This document shows, piece by piece, positions 48,891 through 61,300 of a DNA stretch of 64,000 nt. How positions within the stretch are numbered: the first letter of the stretch is position 1; each line of letters opens with the position of its first letter. The stretch spans positions 1,240,001 to 1,304,000 of the forward strand of contig JANJGN010000071.1 of assembly GCA_026770705.1 (NCBI GenBank), in the 5' to 3' direction. Under the pieces are notes generated by a model that was not told the origin of the DNA, did no database searches, and worked only from the letters and a program-made list of their open reading frames with translations. The stretch comes from Isurus oxyrinchus (Eukaryota). Both the position numbers and the translations under genes were made by a program.

Positions 48891-50338
48891 GTACAGGAGC
48901 TGTTTACACTCACTCCAAAGCTTCTATCTCAGTGTGTAGACAACACATGTCCCAGATTCCCAGCCAGGTTACCCACTGATTTGTACCTGTGGAGTCAGCA
49001 ATGGTTCAGTATCATGCTGTCTCTCTGTTATGTCACAGCAACTGGTAAAGGCTGTTGTTTAAAATCCCAGAGGGAAACTTTAAACAACTGTCATAACCTA
49101 TATTTCCCAGTGGAATGTTTGAGATGCAGCTCTAAATTCAGGAATAAGACCATCAGTTCTTGAGATGGGTTTATATCAAACTACATGAGACATTTATTAA
49201 TTTTCACAAGTTAATCATATGCACATGGCTACAAGCTAGTACTATCATAACTTTTTAACAAATTCCCAAACTAACGTCCTCTAAGACAACCCATAGACTT
49301 TAAGCAGATTCCAAGCGAAGCATTTTCACCTCACAAATTCCAAATGAGGTTCCTTTCACTTTGGTTCCTTTGCAGACAGGTGTAGGCTTACAGCTGCTTT
49401 GATGTTACAAGCCTCTGCTCTGCACACACAAAACTGCTCAAGTTATACCCAGCTCTTCTCTTTGAATGTAAATTCTCATTGTATCATCAGGACCTTTGAT
49501 CTCCATCTCTTCTAACTATAAATCCCGTTTCATAGTATCAATTTTATTAGTAATATAAACATTGATTGGTTTAAGAATTCACTCCCAGGCTTTGAATCCT
49601 CCTTTTAAAAATGCAATATGCCTCTTTACCTCTTTGTTTACATCTCAAAACTACTATACATAAAAGTACCCAGACCGGCTGGCTTTAATCCAATTAAAAC
49701 ACACACACACACACCCACAGACTAAACCTCTGTTTAAAAAGACAATTTCCAATTACAATACATACATTAATAGATTCATAACGCTCAGTCTCTGACCCTT
49801 CATCTCTCTCTCTCTCTCTCAACCTCTCTCTGATTACAAGATTCATGTTATTGAGCCTCACACCAGGCACCTGAGTGCAGAATCCAAGCCGACACTCGCC
49901 AGAGCCATTACCGAGGGAGTGCGAGACTGACAGAGGGTCAGTACTGAGGGAGTGCTGCACTGTCAGAGGGTCAGTACTGAGGGAGTGTTGCACTGTCAGA
50001 GGGTCAGTACTGAGGAAGACCTGTACTGTCGGAGGGTCAGTACTGAGGGAGCGCTGCACTGCTGGAGGGTCAGTACTGAGGGAGCGCTGCACTGTCGGAG
50101 GGTCAGTACTGAGGGAGTGCTGCACTGTTGGATGGTCAGCATTGAGGAAGTGCTGCACTATCGAAGGGTCAGTACTGAGGGAGCACTGCACTGCCATAGG
50201 TGTTTTCTTTCATAAGACATGTGAGAGAGGGTTAAACCCACTGACCCACGACTGACACTAACGAGGCTGCAGAATATTTTAACCCTATCAGTGCCAGTAA
50301 ATGATGTGAGGATGCCTTCTGTTTCCATTTCTCTGTAG

Positions 50339-50587
50339 GGTAAACAGAACGTGCTGATTACTGAGCCCCGGAACACAACCAGAGACACAACTAGCGAGGG
50401 GGAGACCCCAGCTCCCCAGGGTGTCTCTGAATGTGCAGTGGGAGGCAATGCTGGACATGGGAACCCCGACAATCCTGACGAGTTTCTCTACGCCAATCCC
50501 CAAGTCTTCAGGGTGCCCAGTGGTGATGGGTCTGTCCACAGGGAAGAGCAGACGGAATACGCACAGATCAGATTCAAGAGAAACTGA
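50339..50587 (+). CDS. Siglec-like terminal cytoplasmic exon (copy 3): FLYANP and TEYAQI
   Basis: Open phase-0 frame to TGA. Confidence 0.78.
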   Translation, partial: GKQNVLITEPRNTTRDTTSEGETPAPQGVSECAVGGNAGHGNPDNPDEFLYANPQVFRVPSGDGSVHREEQTEYAQIRFKRN

Positions 50588-50786
50588 GCGTGAAAAAGGC
50601 AGAGGTGGTCAGGAGGTTTGTGGATGGTGGCAGGGATGAAGATTCTTGGGAACATGAGACAACCCACTGGGGGAGAGGGGGAGAGAGGGAGGAAGGGACT
50701 GAATGGGTCTGTGGTTGGTGTGGTTTGGAATGAAATGTTTCCCCAGTGACGACTTGATGCTGAGTCATTGGGGACAGAGATTCAGT

Positions 50787-50966
50787 NNNNNNNNNNNNNN
50801 NNNNNNNNNNNNNNNNNNNNNNNNNNNNNNNNNNNNNNNNNNNNNNNNNNNNNNNNNNNNNNNNNNNNNNNNNNNNNNNNNNNNNNNNNNNNNNNNNNNN
50901 NNNNNNNNNNNNNNNNNNNNNNNNNNNNNNNNNNNNNNNNNNNNNNNNNNNNNNNNNNNNNNNNNN
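50787..50966. other. Assembly gap (others at 60700-60879 and 61666-61837)
   Basis: N runs, located where the paralogue has microsatellites. Confidence 0.99.
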
Positions 50967-53900
50967 ATTAACTGGCTTTGTGAAATCAGCTTTTTGTCAC
51001 CTGTCCCTAATACCTCATTATGTGTCTCTGAGATGGATTTATATGTAGGTAACAATCCCCTGAAGAGATTTGGGACAGTTTGTTACATTAAGTGTGCCAT
51101 ATAAATGCAAGTTGTTGCAGGAAAGTTGATTTGCCTCGATTCAGAATGGTAATTCGGAGGGTCCATCGACAGGGCGTGTGTGCAACAGCCTCGCAATAAA
51201 TGCATTGCACGGCAACAACTAAGCATGTCCTTTGATGCTGATGCATCCCAGTACTGCTGTGTGGACACATCACAACCGAGGGACTGCCTGACTGCGTGCA
51301 GCCAACATGGCCGAATAGTAATTAGCAGAAATGTGATGTCACTGAACTTTGTTGACATTTCAGAAAGTGCTTTCTGAATTCTGCAACTTGTTTATTCTGT
51401 GATAGATTACAAGAAGCCTTTGCATTTTCTATAATATTACATTTATTGTCACAAGGGATTGAAATGCCCAGACACCACCACCTGGAAGTTCACCTCCAAG
51501 ACACACATCATCCTGATTTTGAAATATATCGCCATTCCTTCACTGCCACTAGGGTCAAAATCTTGGACTTCCTTCTCTAACTGCATTGTGGGTGTACCTA
51601 CACCACATGGACTGCAGAGGGTCAGGAAGGCAGCTCACCACCACCTTCTCAAGGTAATTAAGGATGGGCCATAAATGCTGGCCTAGCCAGTGATGCCCAC
51701 TTCCCATGGAAGAATGAATATATAAAATATAAAGTTGGAACAAATGAATGAAGTTATAGCACAAATAGAGATTAATGGGTACGATAAGATGGACACTGCA
51801 GAGAGTTGGTTGCAAAGTGACCAAGGTTGGAAATTGAAAATTGAAGGATATTTGGAATCTTTGAAAGGATAGGAAAAATGAAAAGGAGGTGGGGTAGCTC
51901 TCTTAATAAAAGATGAGACCTGTAAAGTAGTGAGAAATGATTTTGGCTCAGATGTCAAGATGCACAGTCAGTTTGGGTGAACATAAGGAATTGCAAGGGA
52001 AAGAAATCACTGGTGGGTTGGTTTATACTCCCCCCTGAATGTAGTTACACTGCAGGGGTAGATTATAAATCAATACATGAGGAGGTTTATGAGAAAGGCA
52101 CCACATTAATCATGGGAGTTTTCAATCGTCATATGGATTAGCCAAATCAGATTAGCAAATGTAGCTTTCAGCGAGGTTATACAGATTGTATTCAGGACAG
52201 TATTTTAGAACAATCCAACATGGAACCAACCAGGGAAGAGGCTGTTTTAGTCCTGGCAATGTTTAATGAGACAAGACTAATTAACATCTCATTGTAAAGG
52301 ACCCTCAAGGGAAGAGTAATCATACCGTGTTGAAATTTAATATTCAGTTTAGAAACTTGGGTCTGAAACTAGTGTCATAAACTTAACTAAAGGCAAATAC
52401 AAGGGTTAAAAGCAGAGTCAGCCCAAGTAGAGTGGGACAGCAGGTTAAAGGGGGCGGGGGGGTGGTAGATGAGGAGTAACAGGCATCTAAAGAAATCTTT
52501 CATAAATGCCAATGAAGATATATTCCAGTTAGAAAGAAAGAATCTATAAGAAGGATGGAGCATCGGTGGCTAACTCAGGAAGCTAAGGACGGTATCCAAT
52601 TGTGAGATAAAGCCGGCAATGTTGGGATGCTTAGTGATAGGCTGCAGATTGGGAATATTTGAGAAACCAGAAAAGTGAGGGGAGAAATATAAGGAGGCAG
52701 AAATGATGATATGAGAGTAAACTAGCAAGAACCATAAACAATGACAGTGAGATGTTGTACATTAAAATAAGAGAGAAGCTCCAGTAATAATGGGACACAT
52801 AGAAAATCAGACTGGGGAATTAATAATGGGAAACAAGGAAATGACAGAGACTTTCAACAAGAATTTTGTGTCTGTCTTCACAGTAAAAATCTCTAAAACC
52901 ATCCCAATAGCAGGAGAAAGTCACGGTGCAACAAGGAGGGAGGAACATAAAACAATCACTATCACCAGAGAAAAAGTATTAAGAAAACTAATGAGACAAA
53001 TGCTGACAAGTCCCATGGAGCAGACGGCCTGAATGTGAGGGTCTGAAAGGAAATGGCTGCAGAGACGGTGGATGCATTGGATGTAATCTTCCAGAATTCC
53101 TTAGATTATGGGAAGGTCCCAGTGGATTGGAAAAACATAAATAAAATATCTCTGTTCAATAAAGGGAGGAGGCAGAAAGCAAGAAACTACAGGTCAGTTA
53201 GTCTAATATCTGTCATTGGGAAAATACCAGAATTCATTATGAAGGAGGGAGCAGCAGGACGTTTAGAAAACCATAATTCAATCAGACAGAGTCAACATGG
53301 GTTTGTGAAAGGGATATCATGTTTGAAAAAATAATTAGATTTCCTCGAGGATGTAACAAGTGGATTGGATAAAGGGGAACCTGTAGATGTGGTGTATTAG
53401 GGACTATGACACAGCCAAGGGTAAAGGCTGAGTTGTTCAAATCCCAGAGGGAAAATTGAAACAACTGTCATAACCCAATTTTGCAATTTGTAATTTCGAG
53501 ATGAAGACTCTGAATTCAGTAGGAATAAGACCACGGAGTCTTGTGGGGGTTTTTCAAAATAAAAAAAAATTATTATTAAAACAAATTTAACACATATGCA
53601 CAGCTATAAATTATGACTACAATAACTTTTTAACAAATCCCCAAATGAAAAACTCTCAGATAAATCTCTACTATGGCAATAGTCACCCATAGGCATTATG
53701 GAGACACCAGGCAAAGCACATTTGACATAGGAATTCTGAATGAGGTTCCTTTGCAAGTTGGTTGGAGGCTACAGGCTGGTTCGGTCTGAAATGCTCCTGC
53801 CTCACACACACAAACTCCTTCCTTTATATAGCTAGCTTTCCCTTTGAATGTAAATTTTCCATTGTATCACTCGGTCTTCTGAACTCCACCTCTTCTAACA

Positions 53901-54738
53901 ATAAAACCCCCTTTCATAGCACCAATTTCATTAATAAGTTCAAGAAAAAACACATCTTTTGGATCCTTCTAACTAGGTGCAAGATTTTACCCCCTGTCTG
54001 GAATGGTTTATTCAACAATTGCAAATGAACACTTTACTGTTCTCCTCACAATTCACCCAATTAACATCTCAAAACTACTAAACATCAAAACACACAGACC
54101 AGCTGGCTTTAATCCAATTAAGACACACACAGACACACACCTATACATGGACCACCACTAGAATTCTATTTTAAAATATAATTTCCAAGCACATTTTACA
54201 CACAAGTATCTCTTCATGACATTGCATTTCCGAAAGGCATTCGATAAGGTGCCACATCAAAGGATACTGCACAGGGTGAAATTGGATGGTGTTGGGGGTG
54301 ATATATTAATATGGATAGAGGACTGGCTAACTGACAGGAAACAGAGAGCCAGGATAAATGGGTGATTTTCAGCTTGGTAAACTGTAACTTGTGGATAGCC
54401 ACAGGGATCAGTGCTGAGGCCTCAACTATTCACAATCTACATTAGTGACTTGGATGAAGGGACTGACAGTACTGTAGGAAGATTTTCTGACTGTGTGGTT
54501 AAGATAGGTAGGAAATATATAAACTGAGCAGGAAAGCAAGTTGTGAGGAGGACACAAAGAGGCTGTAGAGCGAGATAAATAGTTTCAGTGAGTGGATAAA
54601 AAAAAGAGTGGATGGAATATAAGGAATGAAAATGCCAGGGTGTCCAGCTGATCCTACTTGTTCTGTTCTTATATTCTTATACAGACACAGGGTTTACTGA
54701 CAGTGCACAGCAAAGTGCTCTTCTCTCAGTTTGCTCCA

Positions 54739-54878
54739 ACTTCCTCATTTTGACTCACAGTGACACATCAGCTCTTTCTAATTAAATACACAGATAGATC
54801 AGCACAGGAAGAGGTCATTCAGCCCAAACAGAACGTGTGGGCAGTTCCTCCCCAGGTGAGCAGTCGGACAGGTCCTGG
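54739..54878 (+). promoter_or_regulatory. Gene C promoter (ETS and AP-1) and non-coding exon 1
   Basis: ACTTCCTC at 54739, TGACTCA at 54751, donor gtaagt at 54879. Confidence 0.6.
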
Positions 54879-55328
54879 GTAAGTAACGGAACGATTGGAA
54901 TTCACTTCCACAATCAACACCGTCCTTTGTTGATGTTGTGACTTTATAAAGACAGATTCCAATGATTGATGCCTTTGAAAGATTTCTACTGCTTATTGAG
55001 ATCTGGGTGTGGGGCTCAAGTCTGTTGTACAGAACATCTTTCTAGCTCAAGGGATGAGACAAGTGCAGAGACATGAGATTTGGGATGTCCTGAGCAGGTG
55101 AAAGGTGCTATAGAAATGCAAGTCCTTCATTGTTTTTCTTTCTTAAAGCCTAGTAACTCTCTGCAGAGCACCTATCATCCCGCAGAGTATCAAATTAGTC
55201 TGTGATGACATTGTCTAAAAGAAGTTCAGATCTCTCGACAGCTGTCAGACAAGAGGTGAGGTCTCATTAACTCCTTTCTCTTTCACAGCTTGAGAGTGAG
55301 AAGCTAATGGAACATCTGCGAGTGGACA

Positions 55329-58300
55329 ATGATCGGGAAATCTTACTTTCTCCTGTCATTTCTCCAAGGTAATATCATCGTCAGCTCGGACAGATTTATG
55401 GTTAATTGTCTTTGTAAAAGATCATTTTTATTGCGCTCTGATTGGGCAGTGATTCTGCAGTGAGACAGTGTACAAACTCACACCAAGTCCCATTCACCCA
55501 TCACCCCTGTGCTCACTGATATACACTGACTCCCTGTCTGACAGCAGAATTGGAGGATAGCAGAAGTCCTGGATGGTTGTAGGGGCTGGAGGAGGTTAGA
55601 GGGTTAGGCAGGATTGTAGCAGCTAGATCAGAATCTTAATCTTCAGGTGATGTCGGATGCTGGTCAGTGAGTCATGGGGAGTGATGAGTTGAGCAGTAAA
55701 TTAGGAATAAACACTGGGAGATGAAGTCTATCCCGATGCTTGGACTCTGAAAGCAATAACCTGAAATGTGTGCCTTTTGCAGATTTTAGACAGAATTTCC
55801 CATGAAGACAACACAGCAGCTCCTAGAATAGACAGGCTGTTCAGTGTCACACTTCCTGTCCATTCTCACCTTGCTAGATACTTCAATAAGGGAGCAAGAT
55901 AACTGAAAGAGAGAAGGAAGGCAAAGCTGTCTGTGTGTAAAACTGTCAAATATTCTGAGTTATCATGAGTGTCTCTGATCTGCTGCAGAGTTTAAATTTC
56001 ACAGAATCTGAGCACTTTGCAGCTCAGAGAGAGACCATTGACTCACTGCCTGAAAGGGCGGTGGAAGCAGATTCAACAGGAACTTTCAGAAGGGGAACTG
56101 GATAAATACTTGAAGGGTAAATTTGCAGGGATGTGTGAAAGGTGCTGGAGAGGAATTGGGAAAGAGTCAGCACATGCACGATGGATCAAACAAGCTCCTC
56201 CTGTGTTATATCATTCAACAATCAGACAATTTAAGAACCTTGTCAGCAAATCTTCAGAATCCTGCTGAATCACAGATATTTCAGAAGGACAGGGAAGAAG
56301 AGGTTTCTGGTATCAGCATTTCATGTGGGGCCCAGTTCAGTTTGAACAAAAAAAATGACAACAGCATCTTTGAAAGTCATGAACCCACCACAGCGGCACC
56401 TCCGACACATGCAGAGCTCAGGCTAGAGGCGCTTTGTTAGTGTGTTTCACAGTGTCTGCTGGAGTAGGGTCAGTGCTGAGCTTGGGGACAAGTCAGTCTA
56501 CAATGCTGCATCGGAATCAACAATACAACAATATGGGGTTTGGATCAGAAATAATCCATTAGACAATGAGGATCCAAAGAGATTCCTTAGACAATGAGGA
56601 TCCAAAGAGATTCCTTAGACAATGAGAATCCAAAGAGATTCCTTATTCCATTGGTTGTCTAACTGGGGTCCATGATTTTCCAAGGGGTCCTTGGCAGAAT
56701 CTAATTATTGAGCAATAGTGTGTAAAATACCGGAGAGAAAGGGAAAGGTGGGATCAATGGAAAACTGTTCACTCTGTTTACACTAATGGGAGTTAGTCTC
56801 AGTAATGGAGACCATGAAACTATCATCGATTGTCATACACACCCATCTGGTTCACTAATGGCCTTTAGGGAAGGAAATCTGCCGTCTATATCTGGTCTGG
56901 CCTACATGTGACTCCAGACTCATAGCAACGTGGTTCCTCTGAAATGTCCGAGCAAACCATCCAGTTCTCACCATGCTAGAAACTTCAATAAGGGAGTAAG
57001 ATAACTGAAAGACAGAAGGAAGCCTAAGCTGTTCATGTGGATAGATGTCAAATATCCTGAGTGATCATGATTGTCTCTACTCTGCTACAGAGATTATGTC
57101 ACGGGACATTAGAGATGGGCAGCAAATGCTGGCCTTGGCAGCGACGCCCACATCCCATGAATGAATACATTTACAAAATCTTATTACTTGGAAGGTGCAA
57201 GTGCAGGTTGTTATGATCCTTGAGCAGACCCTCTCAGCACTGACCCTACTCCAGCAGACACTGTGAAACACACTAACAAAGCGCCTCTCGCCTGAGCTCT
57301 GCATGTGTCGGAGGTGCCGCTGCGGTGGGTTCATGACTTTCAAAGATGGTGTTGTTTATTTGTTCAAACTGAACTGGGCCCCACACAAAACGCTGATACC
57401 AGAAACCTCTTGTTCCCTGTCCTTCTGAAATATCCGTGACTTCAGCAGGATTCTGAAGAGTTGCTGATGGAGGAACAGGCACCCAATTTTTTTTGATAAT
57501 TTACAGTTAGGAACCAATAATATTTTGTTTCAAGTAGACGAGGTTTGAGATTTAAGACGCCTGCAAAGAGAATAAAGCTACAAGATTCCATGGCTTTTAA
57601 ACAAAAAAAAAAATAAACTTTACTGCACCAGCTCAGAAAGATAAAATAATTCACAATATCCACCTTATACCCTAACATTCTGGATTAATATGAGCTCATG
57701 TGAATTAACAGGCAAACTGTGGTCTCACAGCCACATTACTCATTAAATTGTAAACGCAACCAAGATAGAGCCCATGGATTTCACAACAACCCACCCGGAC
57801 ATCAGTGAACACTGTCAGTCAACCAATCTCACTGAAACTCTGTTTCTCTCATGAGGGATTCCAGTCTTCAACTTCGAAGATCTTGCCTTGGAATTCTCTC
57901 CAAAAGTCGCTTCAACTCGGATGGCCTCAGTGACGTTCCACCTCACAGGGTTTCCATCTCTTCTCCTGAGGCTCCATTGCCCTGGATTCTTGACTATATA
58001 CTCAAGCACCACTAGGATTAGATGAAAGGTTTTGATTGACTGGGTAGACAGAGAATGTTCCCTCTTGTAGGCAGGAGAATAACTAGAGGCCGAGTGATTG
58101 GTGATTCCTTAAACATTGAAGAGGGAATGAACACCAATCAGATTGAATCAGATTAGCCAATCAGCTGTGTTGAAGAGCAGACAGGAATGTTAGGCTAATT
58201 AGTGATTCATGACGGTGATAATGGGGGGAGTTCTGAGGGCTCCTAATCCATTGTCCTGTCTTGTAAATCAGCACTGAATGGATCTCAGTTGGTGTGTCTT

Positions 58301-61300
58301 GTAGACACTGTGTTGGGTGGAAGACTGGTTTCACTAAGGGGAAGCGGTAGCAGAGAGGTATTGTCACTGGGCTAGTATTCCAGAGGCCCAGGGTGATGCA
58401 CTGGGGCCCTGGGTGTAAATCCCATCACAGCAGATGAATGGGATTAAAAAGCCTGGTTCACTGATCACCTATAGGGAAGGAGGTCTGACACTCTTACCCA
58501 GTCTGGCCTACATGTCACTCCAAACCCTCAGCAATGTGGTTGACTCTTAAATGCCTCTGATGGAGATGGGATGGGTAATAAATCCCATGAATGAATAATT
58601 TGAAAAAAAGCTAAACAGGGTCCTGAGGACCATGAGCCAATATAGAATGAACTTGTCCACTCCTGTGTCCAGGATTCTCTTCCATCCATTGTGAAACCTT
58701 GGGGATTTCCTTGTGTGTCCTGTAGATGGTCCACACTGCAGCCACTGTGCCCCAGTGATGGAGGGGGTGGATATCGAGTCTATTGGATCTACAAACCATC
58801 CAGAGTTAAATATTGATATTTCTCTCCCCAGTTGGAATGTCACAAGAGTGGAAAGGTGACACTCCACGAGAGGTGACAGCGCAGGAAAGTTCGTGTGCAC
58901 AGATTCCATGTCATTACAGTTATCCATCACATTTGGAAAACCAACCACGAGTTGGAATCTGGTTTAATAATGAGGAATGGAGAACATCGTCTATAGCCTT
59001 TCACTCCAAGGATCACAGTCACGAGTTACCACGGTTCCACCATCGGACCCGGCTGTCTGGATACCTGAAAGATGGCGACTGTTCCCTGATTATAAACAAC
59101 ATCAGACGGGAAGATGCAGGACCTTATTTTTTCAGAATAGAATTTGACAATGGTCCGAGCCATAACTATTACCCTGTAACCCAGCTTCACGTGTCTGGTA
59201 AGTGCTGTGTTATAATTACTCAACAATTCACATTCAACACTCAATGGGAAATAACACAAACTGTGACGTTTACATATTAACACAAAACACAGCTTATTAT
59301 AACACACTGTCTGATTCTCAATAACCTGGTGATAGCTTCCAGTTCAGTCCTAAAGCAACCTCTAATACTCACTTTAATATCAATGATGAAAAGCATTAAC
59401 TGTATTATCAGGTTACCACTCCCATCAATCTCTCCTGTCCTGTTTAAAAGTCTGACGTATCGATAAAAGAAAGATGTGCATTTCTGCAGCGCAATTTACC
59501 ACCTCAGGAGGATCCAAATCCCTTCACAGCCAACGAAATTATTCCTGAATTGTAGTCACAGATGTTAAACACAGCAGGCAGTTTGTGCACAGCAAGATTC
59601 AACAAACCACAATGTAATAAATCACCCAGATCACTGAGGAAATGAGAAGCCAGTGAACTCAAACCTCTGGTCTGATGAAGAGTCATACGGACTCGAAACG
59701 TTAACTCTGTCTTCCTCTCCACTGATACTGTCAGACCTGCTGAGTCTTTCCAGCAATTTTTGTTTTGGTTTCAGATTTCCAGCATCCGCAGTATTCTGCT
59801 TTTAACTCCAATCTCTGGTCTGAGCCTCTTCTCTCATCCAGTATTCTCAATTCACATGTCTCGGAGTGAACGTGTATTAAGCTGAGAGACAGAAACACTA
59901 CTGCCAAAGAGCAAGAAAATCTTTCCTGATCATTGTAACCTCTCAGTTCTGATATCATCCTTGTAAAAGTGCTTTCTCTTGTGGGACTGTGATTTCTATT
60001 TGAACTGATGCTTCACGTTATATTTCTCTAAAAGGATCCATTCTCTGTCTGTTAGATTTCACAGATAAACCCACGATATTCCCTGCTGAAATTATTGCAG
60101 GAAAGCGTGTGGATGTAAGCTGCACCTTCAACACAACGTGCAATGGAACAGCAGCACCTGTCTTAACCTGGGACACTCCCACTGACGTACCTGGATCAGT
60201 CTCAAACACTGTAACTCATCATGGTGTCACTCTGACCTATACTTCTGTTCTGACCCTGATCCCATCACTCAAACACCACGGACACACTCTCAGCTGCAGA
60301 GTGAGATATCCATCTGTTTCGTCGGAGCGGACCCTCGTACTAACTGTGCAAGGTAAGAACGGACACCCTTCCATCTACATTAGCTAGAAAGCTCTACATA
60401 GTATATTGCAAGATCCCACAACTGCATTGTGTTTAGCAACAAATCAATAGTCTTTAACTGATACAAATTCACCTTTGACACTGCAGCAGTCCCTGAACAC
60501 TGACTCTCCAACACTGCAGCACTCCCTCAGTACTGATCCTCTGACAGTGCAGCACTCCCTCAGTACTGAGTCTTGTTCACAATGAAATCTTTAATTGTTC
60601 TTAGATGCACCACAGAATCTCTCATTTACTTCGCTTGATATGATTAATGCTTCATCGATCAATATAATTGAGGGGCTCATAACCATCACTGTGGAATGTN
60701 NNNNNNNNNNNNNNNNNNNNNNNNNNNNNNNNNNNNNNNNNNNNNNNNNNNNNNNNNNNNNNNNNNNNNNNNNNNNNNNNNNNNNNNNNNNNNNNNNNNN
60801 NNNNNNNNNNNNNNNNNNNNNNNNNNNNNNNNNNNNNNNNNNNNNNNNNNNNNNNNNNNNNNNNNNNNNNNNNNNNNNNACACAGATCCTTATTTTACAG
60901 AAACATACACACACAAGCCAACACACACATACACACACAAAAACATGTGGGTTCCCTCTCCTCTCTCAGGGCTGCACTGGAGTCTCAGTATCAGCTCCGA
61001 ATCTTTGTTGATGAAAGGTAAACTCCCGATCATCAAGACACTGAACTGGCTGGAGCAACCTCCTGAACAGTGAATTGTAGATTTACCCCTCAGTGCGCCA
61101 TTGGTCAAATACAATTCATTGCCTTTGAAGCCCTTGGGGACATCCTGAGGATCTGAAAGGGAGTTTCCTGCATTCTAGATGGACACCTCCACTGGTGGGA
61201 GAATGTAACTGCAGTGTGACAGTTTACATAGGAAGTGCCCATTATAAATGTGACAGTAATTTTTCCTGAGGGAAGGTACCTGGAAAAGCATTCCAACATC

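Noticed and set aside
50703-51104. ORFs spanning N runs (also at 60.6-61.9 kb)
   Set aside because: Artefacts of assembly gaps.
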